Source: an uncultured Anaerolineales bacterium
GTDB lineage: Bacteria; Chloroflexota; Anaerolineae; Anaerolineales; UBA11858
Direction: 5' to 3'
Assembly: GCA_964453155.1 (NCBI GenBank)
Contig: CAYVQU010000002.1
Span: 11,240-75,239 of the forward strand
DNA: 64,000 nt
Shown here: positions 37,214 to 45,271 of the stretch, piece after piece
How the letters are laid out: each line of letters begins with the position of its first letter
How positions within the stretch are numbered: the first letter of the stretch is position 1
Translations under genes and position numbers: made by a program
Notes under the pieces: model-generated
Told to the model about the DNA's origin: nothing
What the model saw: the letters and a program-made list of their open reading frames with translations, nothing else
Databases searched by the model: none

Positions 37214-37916
37214 TTTGCTCCTCAACAAGGATAGTATCAGCGATATCTTTAGTCACCGTCACTTGTTCACCCTGATCGGTTTCTACCAAAAAATTTCCCG
37301 ATCCATTGGCCGCGATAATGCTGCCACGGGTCCCCGGAAATATTCCCGCGTCCGTCAAGAAAACTTGAACATTCTCGGCCCCATCGACGTTGACAACTTG
37401 GAATACTTTTCCAACCTTCATGGCGCTTAAGGCCACGCTGGGGATACGTTGGCCCTGATCTTTGGCCGGGTAAATGGGTTTGCCATGAAAGCACACAGCA
37501 GGGTCTTCCAAAAACGTCGAGAGCCGGTTGGCCACATCTTCCGAAGTGATATGCTCCAACTGACAGGCCAGTACATCGGCCTCCTCAATCCCCATCTTCA
37601 GGGCTTTGACCAGGAAAACCTCCCACATCCGGCGATGGCGCAAAATCGTGTTCGAGATCGAGCGCCCCTCGGCGGTGAGTTCTACACCCTTGTAGGGAAT
37701 GTAGTTTACATAACCCGATTCAGCCAATTTTTTAACCATATGATTGACCGACACCGGCTGCACGTCCAACGCCGCCGCGATTTTGGGGATCGGGATCACC
37801 GCATTATCACCCTCTTCGCTGATTTGGCGAATGGTCACCAGATATTGATCTTCACTGCTGGTTAGAATGTTGTGATGAGACATAAGATATTCGCTATAAA
37901 TTTTATGCTTGGGCAT
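37206..37916 (-). CDS. DtxR-family metal-dependent regulator with FeoA/SH3-like C-terminal domain
   Basis: It has a wHTH (IPKIAAALDVQPVSVNHMVKKLAESGYV), RHRRMWEVFL, and CQLEH...CFHGKPIY. An alternative start lies at 37883. Confidence 0.8.
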   Translation of the reverse strand: MPKHKIYSEYLMSHHNILTSSEDQYLVTIRQISEEGDNAVIPIPKIAAALDVQPVSVNHMVKKLAESGYVNYIPYKGVELTAEGRSISNTILRHRRMWEVFLVKALKMGIEEADVLACQLEHITSEDVANRLSTFLEDPAVCFHGKPIYPAKDQGQRIPSVALSAMKVGKVFQVVNVDGAENVQVFLTDAGIFPGTRGSIIAANGSGNFLVETDQGEQVTVTKDIADTILVEEQNV

Positions 37917-37966
37917 AATATATCACTAACCGGGTGACTCGTAACGGATAAATATCATGTCAATTT

Positions 37967-37982
37967 TGTGACAACTGTCACA
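37967..37982. promoter_or_regulatory. perfect CRP/FNR-type palindrome TGTGA-N6-TCACA
   Basis: TGTGACAACTGTCACA lies at 37967-37982, about 50 bp upstream of the dtxR-feoA-feoB operon start. A TTGACA hexamer abuts it on the operon strand. Confidence 0.45.
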
Positions 37983-38032
37983 GATAACATTCTGATTCAC
38001 CCCCAGGGTGCTTCTGCGTCCTTAAACCGTCA

Positions 38033-38062
38033 GCCGGGAGGCTTCAGCTCCCGGCATTTTTG
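38033..38062 (+). terminator. orphan plus-strand Rho-independent terminator
   Basis: GCCGGGAG-GCUUCAG-CUCCCGGC is a perfect 8-bp stem, followed by AUUUUUGG. No plus-strand gene lies upstream. Confidence 0.55.
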
Positions 38063-38169
38063 GTACGCGGATTATTTGTAGCTCTCTCCAATAACCACAG
38101 AGCACACTGAGTTCGCGGAGTTTTTTATATGTCTCTGCGTTCTCCGCGCACTCTGCGGTGAAAAGTTTC

Positions 38170-40554
38170 TTACCCTAAAACAACCTTAACCCGATTCTCA
38201 TCCCCCAACTTTTCAACCGGGATCAAGTTATCAGGCAATACTTCCCCATTCAGCGTGATCGCTTTCATCCCGCGGCAAACGCCCGCAGGATTGGTCACTT
38301 CGATTTGGAGTGACTTCCCCCGGAAGCGGCGGGTGACCTTGAATCCATCCCATTCCGACGGAATGCAGGGATCAATCCGCAAGCCGTCATACTCCGGCCG
38401 GATTCCCAGGATGTATTGGGTCGCGCTGTAGTAGAACCAGGCCGCGGTTCCCGTCAACCAGGCCAGCCGGGTGTTACCCGGCCGCGGTGAGAAGATCGAA
38501 TACGTTGTCTGCCCCTGGACGTAGGGTTCCAACTGCCGGATTTCAGCTCGGTCGTTGTAGGCTGCGGGCATCGCGGCCCGGAGATATTCATAGGCTCGGT
38601 CGCCGTTACCTTGCATACACTCGGCCATGATGCCCCAACCCTGGGTGTGGTTGAAAATCCCCGCGTTTTCTTTAATCCCTGGGTTGAACACCACGGACCG
38701 CATCACATCCACCGGGGTTTTGACAAACGGCGGGGCAGCCAGCATCAGCCCATAAGGGGTTGCCAACTGCTCGTGGACGGTCTCCAGGCTGCTTTCGGCT
38801 TGTTCCGCGGTCGCGGCCGCACTGAGCACGGCCCAGATTTGGGTGTTGAGATAAACCTGACCTTCGTCATAATCCTTGGTGCCGTAGACGGTACCATCTT
38901 CGCCAATCGCCCAGATAAACCACTCCCCATCCCAGGCAATCGCCTGAATATTGGCGTCGAGTTCGGCCCGTTGCGCGAAAGCCCAATCGCGTTCTACCGG
39001 GTTGTCAAAGCGTTCATTTAACTCGGCGTAAACCGTCAACCCCAATCGGAGTTGAAAGGCCACAAACAGGCTCTCGCCGTAATACCCCAGACGCAGGCAG
39101 TCGTTCCAATCTGCGGAGAGACCACACGGCAGGCCGTTTTTGCCCCGGCGTTCCAGGTTGAATTCCAACGCCCGCCGCAAGTGGCCGAGAACCGTATCTT
39201 CACCCTCATCAGCGTAGGGCAGCACTTTAAGGTAGAAGTCCATGTTCCCGATTTCGGCGACCAGCGCGGGAACCGCATTAAAGAACCACAGGCAGTCGTC
39301 GGAGCGGTATTCTTCATCGGGCGGGGGGGCTTCATGCCCAGGATTATGCTCGAAGGGCTTGATCACCGGAATGGCTCCGCCGTTGGCGAGTTGGCCGGTT
39401 AGCATCAGTTCCAACCGAGCCTGGGCCTCCTCTGGAATGGCCGCGGCAACCCCCACAATATCCTGGACTGAATCCCGGAAACCGAGCCCATCACGCTCGC
39501 CATTGTAGATCAGGCTGGCGGCCCGTGACCACGCAAATGTAATCAGACAATTGTACAACCCCCACATATTGATCGTCGAGTTGAGTTCCGCATCGGGCGT
39601 TTCAACCAACATGCTGCCCAGTTTGGCGTGCCAGCTTGCTTTGAGTTGGTCGAGTTCGGCAGTGGCCCGTTCCAGCGATCCAAATTCAGCAACCGCTGCT
39701 TTTCCGACAGTTTTGGCTTCCCCGATCCCCAACATCACCAGGATCTCTTTAGTTTCGCCTGGCTGCAGGGTTAAAGTGGCTTGTAGCGTCCCGCAGGCAT
39801 TGTCCCCATAGGCCTGACTGTCAGTGCATTGCCCCATCTCCACAATCAGCGGGTTATGATAGCTGCGATAGGGTCCAATGAAAGCTTCCCGGCTGGTGTC
39901 GTATCCGTCCAGGTCAGCTCCTACCAACGCCATCCAGGACTGCATAACCCCATCGTTACCGCCGCTTTGAGATAAATTGTCGTGGCTGGCGATTCGCAGT
40001 AATTTATCATCGGTCAGGCTGCCTTTCACGATGAAGGTCGAGTATTGTAAATTGACCTGATCTTGTTCGGTGAACCATTGGTTGGTGAATTCGCAGTAGG
40101 TGAAGGCCGCAATCTCCCGCGGGCGATCACTCTCGTTGGTCAGTTTCAGCCGCCAGTATTCGAAATTCTGCCCCAGTGGGACAAAATATGTCGCTTCAGA
40201 CGCAATTCCGGCATACCGGGATTCAAACACGCTGTACGCAGTCCCATGTCGACAAGTGGATTGGTACTCTTCCAGGGATTTACCAACTGGCTGCCAGGAG
40301 GCGGACCAATAATCACCGCTCTCCTGATCCCGCAGATAAAAATATCGTCCCGGTTGGTCCATGGGGATAGCGTTAAACCGCAGGCGCAAAAATCGCCCGC
40401 GGGCTCCAGACTTATAAAATCCATACCCCCCGGCATTATTGGTGATCACGGCCCCATATTCCGTCGATCCGAGATAATTACTCCAGGACCGCGGCGTATC
40501 CGGCCGAGTGATCACATATTCGTTGGCTTGATCGTCAAAATAACCGTATTTCAC
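38170..40554 (-). CDS. GH94 cellobiose/chitobiose-type phosphorylase
   Basis: The N-terminus MKYGYFDD..EYVITRPDTPRSWSNYLG, the catalytic-region motif ADWNDCL and the C-terminus WLTGTAAW...GLRIDPCIP..WDGFKVTRRFRG closely parallel characterised cellobiose phosphorylases. The length is 794 aa. Confidence 0.9.
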   Translation of the reverse strand: MKYGYFDDQANEYVITRPDTPRSWSNYLGSTEYGAVITNNAGGYGFYKSGARGRFLRLRFNAIPMDQPGRYFYLRDQESGDYWSASWQPVGKSLEEYQSTCRHGTAYSVFESRYAGIASEATYFVPLGQNFEYWRLKLTNESDRPREIAAFTYCEFTNQWFTEQDQVNLQYSTFIVKGSLTDDKLLRIASHDNLSQSGGNDGVMQSWMALVGADLDGYDTSREAFIGPYRSYHNPLIVEMGQCTDSQAYGDNACGTLQATLTLQPGETKEILVMLGIGEAKTVGKAAVAEFGSLERATAELDQLKASWHAKLGSMLVETPDAELNSTINMWGLYNCLITFAWSRAASLIYNGERDGLGFRDSVQDIVGVAAAIPEEAQARLELMLTGQLANGGAIPVIKPFEHNPGHEAPPPDEEYRSDDCLWFFNAVPALVAEIGNMDFYLKVLPYADEGEDTVLGHLRRALEFNLERRGKNGLPCGLSADWNDCLRLGYYGESLFVAFQLRLGLTVYAELNERFDNPVERDWAFAQRAELDANIQAIAWDGEWFIWAIGEDGTVYGTKDYDEGQVYLNTQIWAVLSAAATAEQAESSLETVHEQLATPYGLMLAAPPFVKTPVDVMRSVVFNPGIKENAGIFNHTQGWGIMAECMQGNGDRAYEYLRAAMPAAYNDRAEIRQLEPYVQGQTTYSIFSPRPGNTRLAWLTGTAAWFYYSATQYILGIRPEYDGLRIDPCIPSEWDGFKVTRRFRGKSLQIEVTNPAGVCRGMKAITLNGEVLPDNLIPVEKLGDENRVKVVLG

Positions 40555-40685
40555 TGCTTGCTCCTCTCTGCTGAAATTGGGTTGATTCTATCAAAAGATG
40601 GTGAAATTGGCTGATGATCCGACAATGGTGTCATCTAGACGATTGATCTAGATTATGGCATAATCCCCCCAACTTATTCGAGAAA

Positions 40686-41013
40686 AGCGATGATGGAAAC
40701 GAGTAGACTGGCCGGCGCCCCGTGGTGCCATGATTTGATAGAGAACCCAGGGTAGCTGGAAACTGGGACAGATCGGCGAGTTGAAAATCCTTCCGGAGCT
40801 GTGACCTGAAAGCGCAATCATTTTGATTACGGATTAGTAGGGAAAACGGAATTGTTCACCGTTAGCAGAACACAAGCTTGAATTGGTTATCAGTTGCAAA
40901 CTGACATACACCGAGAGAGCTTGACCAAGTGCCCGATAAACGTCGGGAATTCCGGGTGGTACCGCGGGAGAAGCATTAGCGACCTCGTCCCAGAGTGGAT
41001 GAGGCGTTTTTTG
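40686..41013 (+). promoter_or_regulatory. T-box riboswitch leader, probable Ile (AUC) specifier, with intrinsic terminator
   Basis: Stem I base and K-turn: AGC-GAUGAU-GGAA pairs with UUCC-GGA-GCU. Other Stem I elements are GAGUA, an AGAGA bulge and a distal loop. AUC lies at 40787-40789 in the 3' side of the specifier loop. The F-box CCGUUA is at about 40859 and Stem III is CCCGA...UCGGG. The T-box sequence is GGGUGGUACCGCG (40953-40965). The terminator is CCUCGUCC...GGAUGAGG followed by a U-run (40983-41013). Confidence 0.8.
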
Positions 41014-41020
41014 TTTAAAG

Positions 41021-41116
41021 GTCGCAGATGTCCAAAAGGTCTGAATCGTCTAAAATGTCGACTACTCAGACAAATTAGACCAACTAGACGCTTTAGACAT
41101 CTCAGACCATTGAGAC
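41021..41116. repeat. 9-bp-phased GTC/GAC palindromic array (5 + 7 units) centred on GTCGAC
   Basis: GTC occurs at 41021, 41030, 41039, 41048 and 41057. GAC occurs at 41060, 41069, 41078, 41087, 41096, 41105 and 41114. The arms are about three-quarters complementary. The array ends 8 nt before the ATG at 41124. Confidence 0.8.
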
Positions 41117-41123
41117 AAATATT

Positions 41124-41585
41124 ATGGCTACCAAAGATGAATTAATTGCCTGGCTGGAAGAATCACACGCCAAAATGGAGGCCGTAGTCGCCCAGGTAGA
41201 TTGTGACACCGAAATCTATCCGGGCTGGACGATACGCGAAGTGCTGGCCCATCTGACCGGCTGGGACGACGCCGTCCTGACCTCGCTCAAGTCGCACGCC
41301 GCGGGCGGCATCCCCGTCGTCGTAGCCCAACACGGACCCGACGCTTACAACGCCGCCACCGTTACCGAACGCGAGACTTTGAGCTACGACCACATTTACC
41401 GGGAATGGCAGACCACCCACGAGCAGCTCAAGATCGCCATTCGTGATCTGTCCCCGGATAAGATGAACGAACAAATCGTTTTCCCCTGGGGACAGGCCGG
41501 TAATGTCGAAGATTTGGTCATAGGGCTCACAACCGAACACGAAGTGAGTCATGCGAAAGATATTGAAAACTTACTGACAAAATAA
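41124..41585 (+). CDS. DinB/ClbS-like four-helix-bundle protein
   Basis: It is 153 aa. WTIREVLAHLTGWDDAV and a C-terminal HEVSH match the DinB-superfamily His pattern. Confidence 0.55.
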   Translation: MATKDELIAWLEESHAKMEAVVAQVDCDTEIYPGWTIREVLAHLTGWDDAVLTSLKSHAAGGIPVVVAQHGPDAYNAATVTERETLSYDHIYREWQTTHEQLKIAIRDLSPDKMNEQIVFPWGQAGNVEDLVIGLTTEHEVSHAKDIENLLTK

Positions 41586-41779
41586 AAATTGGTACCCGGA
41601 TTTAATGGATATAACGGATTTTTCAACCGCGAATAACGCTAAGCTTCACGAATATAAAAATTAGCGTCAATTCGCGTGACACCTGCACTTGTCACCGCAG
41701 GTGCAAGTGTTAGCGGTTTTATATCCGCAAAATCTGCGTTAGCGAAGCGACATCCGCGTACAAAAAGATGGAGAACACA

Positions 41780-44700
41780 ATGGCATTCAAACAAGTACCC
41801 AACAAAGTCGACTTTGTCGACCAAGAACACGAAGTTTTGGCGTTCTGGAAAGATACCGACGCCTTTGAAAAATCCCGCGCCCTGCGGAAGGACAAACCGA
41901 CTTGGTCCTTCATCGACGGCCCGATCACGGCCAACAACCCGATGGGCGTCCATCACGGCTGGGGTCGGACCTATAAGGATCTCTACAACCGCTTCTGGAC
42001 CATGACGGGCCGCGAGCTCCGCTACCAGAATGGCTTTGACTGCCAGGGTTTGTGGGTCGAAGTCGAAGTTGAGAAAGAAAAAGGCTTCAAATCCAAGATG
42101 GATATTGAAGAATACGGCCTCGACGAATTCGTCAAGGAATGTAAAGCCCGCGTGCTGCGCTACGCGGGGGTCCAGACCCACCAATCGATGCGTCTCGGCT
42201 ACTGGATGGAGTGGAACGACCCCGAGAAACTCAATATGCTGGCTGACAAATTGCTCGAAGATCCGCTGCAAGAGATCACCTTCACCGGGCCGAATGGCAA
42301 AACCGTCACCGACACCGTCGAACAGGTCGTCGGCCAACTCGGTTTGGCCCAACTGGGTGGCAGCTACTTCACCTTCTCCAATGAAAACAACTTCATGATC
42401 TGGAAAATGATCAAGAAGAGTTGGGAGAACGGCTGGCTCTACCGCGGCGCCGACGTCATGCCCTGGTGCCCGCGCTGCGCCACCGGGATCAGCCAGCACG
42501 AGATCGTCACTGACGGGTATATGGAGCTGACGCACCGCTCCGTGACGCTGCGATTCCCCCTGCGAGACAAACCGGGTGAATCCCTCCTCGTCTGGACCAC
42601 CACCCCCTGGACCCTGACATCCAACGTCGCCGCAGCCGTCGGCCCCGAACTGGATTACGTCAAGGTCAAAAACAATGGGCACATCTTATATATGTCCAAA
42701 GGTACCCTCCACATGCTGAAGGGCGACTATGAAGTCCTGGCTGAACTCAAAGGTGCCGAGATGGAAGGCTGGACCTACGATGGTCCCTTCGATGATTTGC
42801 CCGCGGCCAACACTCCCGGCGGTGTGACCTATCTCGACGAGTTGATCGAAGGGATCACCGCCACTGCCGTGACCTCCCACCAGGTCATCCTGTGGGACGA
42901 AGTTGGCGAGGCCGAAGGTACCGGCATCGTCCACATCGCACCCGGTTGTGGGGCCGAGGACTTTGAACTCGGCAAAGAGCATAATTTCCCGTTGATCGCC
43001 CCCATCGAGGATGAAGGTGCCTTCATCGACGGCTTCGGCTGGCTGACTGGAATGCATGTCTCGGAAGTTGCTGATCCCATCTTCGAAGATCTGAAGAAAA
43101 AGGGCGTGCTCTACGTCGTCGAGCCCTACACCCACCGCTACCCGACCTGCTGGCGCTGCAAGACCGAATTGGTTTTCCGCCTGGTCGATGAGTGGTTCAT
43201 CAGCATGGGCCAATTGCACGACAAACCGCGTGAGCAGGTCACCGCGGCCGAGAAACAAGAATCCCTGCGCTACCAGATCATGGACGTGGTCGATCAAATC
43301 CGTTGGATTCCCGAATTTGGCCACAAACGCGAACTCGATTGGCTCCGCAACATGCACGACTGGATGATCTCCAAGAAACGCTATTGGGGCCTGGCCCTGC
43401 CAATCTGGGTCTGTGATGAGTGTGGCCACTACCACGTCATCGGCGACGATCACGAACTCGAAGAGCGCGCCGTTGAAGGCTGGGACGAATTCGCCGGTCA
43501 CACACCCCACCGCCCCTTCATCGACGCCATCAAGATCGTCTGCGACAAATGCGAATCCAAAATGAGCCGTATCCCCGATGTCGGCAACCCCTGGCTCGAT
43601 GCCGGGATCGTCAGCTTCAGCACCCTCGGTTACCGCGATGACCCCGAATTCTGGCAAAAATGGTATCCAGCCGACTGGATCAGCGAATCCTTCCCCGGCC
43701 AGTTCCGCAACTGGTTCTACAGCATGCTCACCATGGGCACCGTCCTCGATGGCTCGCCCTCCTTCCTGGAAAACTTCGGTTACGCTAGCCTGCACGCCGA
43801 GGACGGCCGCGAGATGCACAAATCGTGGGGCAACTCCATCGAATTCAATGAAGCTGCCGACAAAATGGGCGTCGACACCATGCGCTGGCTGTACTGTGCC
43901 CACAAACCCGAGAACAACCTGCTCTTCGGCTACAACCGGGCCGAAGAAACCCGCCGCCGGTTCATTATTCCTTTGTGGAATGTGTACTCATTCTTCTCCA
44001 CATATGCGAGTTTAGATGGGTGGGTTCCGACGGTTGAGAACTTTGAACCTGGCACCCCCGAGGGTCCCACGCCCCAGAGTGATAACCCGTTGGACGCGTG
44101 GATTTTGGCCCGCCTGAACCAGGTGGTGGCCCGCGTCACCGATAATTTCACCAACTCCGACGCTTATACCGCCACCCTGGCTTTCGAGGCCCTGATGGAC
44201 GATTTGAGCAACTGGTTCGTCCGCCGCTCCCGCCGCCGCTTCTGGAAGTCCGAGCAGGATAACGACAAGAACACGGCCTACGCCACCCTGTGGCACGTCC
44301 TGGTCAAGATGGGCCGGGCGCTGGCCCCCGTGATCCCCTTTATCACCGAAGTCATGTACCAAAATCTGGTCCGCGGGGTGTTTGACGAAGCCTATGAAAG
44401 CGTCCACCACACTGACTGGCCTGAGATCGACGAAGCCGCCATCGACGAAAAACTCGTCTACCAGATGGGACTGGCCCGCCGGGTCGCCAGCCTGGGCCTC
44501 AGCGCTCGCGGCAACGCTGGCTTGAAAGTGCGCCAACCGCTGGCCAAAGTTTTGGCCCACGTTTCTGAAGGCGAAGCCGAACTCAACCAGGAACTGGTCG
44601 ATATCGTCGCCGACGAACTCAACGTCAAGGCCCTCCAATTTGTCGAGGATGCTGGCGACTTGGTCAGCTACAAAGTTTTGCCGGTCAACAAAGTCCTCGG

Positions 44701-45217
44701 CCCCCGTTTCGGCAAGGATTTCCCCAAAGTCCGTGCCGCCCTGGCAGCCCTGGACCCCGCCGAAGTTGCTGAAACTGTTGCAGCCGGTAAACCGGTCACC
44801 TTCGAAGTGGCCGGTGAAACCATCGAGTTGGCCCCCGACGAAGTCCTGGTCAACACTGAGTCGGCCGAAGGCATGGCCGTCGCCGCCGACAAAATCGTCA
44901 CCGTCGCCATCGACACCGTCCTGACCCCCGAACTGAAAGCCGAAGGACTGGCCCGCGAACTCGTCCGCCGCATCCAGGCCCAGCGCAAAGACGCCGATTT
45001 TAATATCGAAGACCGCATCACCACCTGGTATCAGGCTGAAGATGACCCTTCGACAGGCTTAGGACAGGGACTGGCCGAAGTTTTTGCGACCTTCGCCGAC
45101 TACATCCAAGCTGAAACCCTGACGACAAAACTCGTCGCCGGGGAACCGCCCGCAGAGGCCTACACCGAAACCCACAAAGTCGAAGGCCAGGAGGTCACCA
45201 TCGGCGTGAAGAATTAA
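41780..45217 (+). CDS. ileS: isoleucine--tRNA ligase
   Basis: It has a class I HIGH-type motif (NNPMGVHHGWGR), an editing-domain insert, a Zn-type Cys cluster (CDECGHYH...CDKCES), a KMSKS-position variant (MHKSWGNS) and an anticodon-binding region. I preferred the ATG at 41780 (GGAG 6 nt upstream) over the one at 41768. Confidence 0.92.
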   Translation: MAFKQVPNKVDFVDQEHEVLAFWKDTDAFEKSRALRKDKPTWSFIDGPITANNPMGVHHGWGRTYKDLYNRFWTMTGRELRYQNGFDCQGLWVEVEVEKEKGFKSKMDIEEYGLDEFVKECKARVLRYAGVQTHQSMRLGYWMEWNDPEKLNMLADKLLEDPLQEITFTGPNGKTVTDTVEQVVGQLGLAQLGGSYFTFSNENNFMIWKMIKKSWENGWLYRGADVMPWCPRCATGISQHEIVTDGYMELTHRSVTLRFPLRDKPGESLLVWTTTPWTLTSNVAAAVGPELDYVKVKNNGHILYMSKGTLHMLKGDYEVLAELKGAEMEGWTYDGPFDDLPAANTPGGVTYLDELIEGITATAVTSHQVILWDEVGEAEGTGIVHIAPGCGAEDFELGKEHNFPLIAPIEDEGAFIDGFGWLTGMHVSEVADPIFEDLKKKGVLYVVEPYTHRYPTCWRCKTELVFRLVDEWFISMGQLHDKPREQVTAAEKQESLRYQIMDVVDQIRWIPEFGHKRELDWLRNMHDWMISKKRYWGLALPIWVCDECGHYHVIGDDHELEERAVEGWDEFAGHTPHRPFIDAIKIVCDKCESKMSRIPDVGNPWLDAGIVSFSTLGYRDDPEFWQKWYPADWISESFPGQFRNWFYSMLTMGTVLDGSPSFLENFGYASLHAEDGREMHKSWGNSIEFNEAADKMGVDTMRWLYCAHKPENNLLFGYNRAEETRRRFIIPLWNVYSFFSTYASLDGWVPTVENFEPGTPEGPTPQSDNPLDAWILARLNQVVARVTDNFTNSDAYTATLAFEALMDDLSNWFVRRSRRRFWKSEQDNDKNTAYATLWHVLVKMGRALAPVIPFITEVMYQNLVRGVFDEAYESVHHTDWPEIDEAAIDEKLVYQMGLARRVASLGLSARGNAGLKVRQPLAKVLAHVSEGEAELNQELVDIVADELNVKALQFVEDAGDLVSYKVLPVNKVLGPRFGKDFPKVRAALAALDPAEVAETVAAGKPVTFEVAGETIELAPDEVLVNTESAEGMAVAADKIVTVAIDTVLTPELKAEGLARELVRRIQAQRKDADFNIEDRITTWYQAEDDPSTGLGQGLAEVFATFADYIQAETLTTKLVAGEPPAEAYTETHKVEGQEVTIGVKN

Positions 45218-45225
45218 TCTACGAC

Positions 45226-45253
45226 GTAGGGGCGCAATATATTGCGCCCCTAC
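45226..45253. repeat. REP palindrome GTAGGGGCGCAATAT/ATATTGCGCCCCTAC
   Basis: It is a 28-bp perfect palindrome between the ileS stop and the RAYT RBS. Confidence 0.9.
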
Positions 45254-45271
45254 CCGTATTGGGAGGAATTT

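Noticed and set aside
40063-40614. 183-aa plus-strand ORF at the 5' end of the GH94 gene
   Set aside because: It is antisense to the strongly supported GH94 CDS.
40808-40814. Alternative T-box specifier GAA-AGC-G (Ser)
   Set aside because: The K-turn and lower-stem pairing (GGAA at 40695-40698 with UUCC at 40791-40794) closes Stem I before this position and puts AUC at the specifier site. The downstream synthetase is ileS. I kept it as the explicit alternative to test with a covariance model.
41021-41116. CRISPR array interpretation of the periodic repeats
   Set aside because: The units are 9 bp with no spacers, and the array is an inverted (palindromic) arrangement. No cas genes are in the window.
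41639-44638. Three long minus-strand ORFs (347, 405 and 208 aa) opposite ileS
   Set aside because: They lie entirely antisense to a well-supported ileS CDS in GC-rich DNA. Their translations are low-complexity (Gly/Ala/Val/Asp-rich) with no recognisable motifs. They are typical shadow ORFs.
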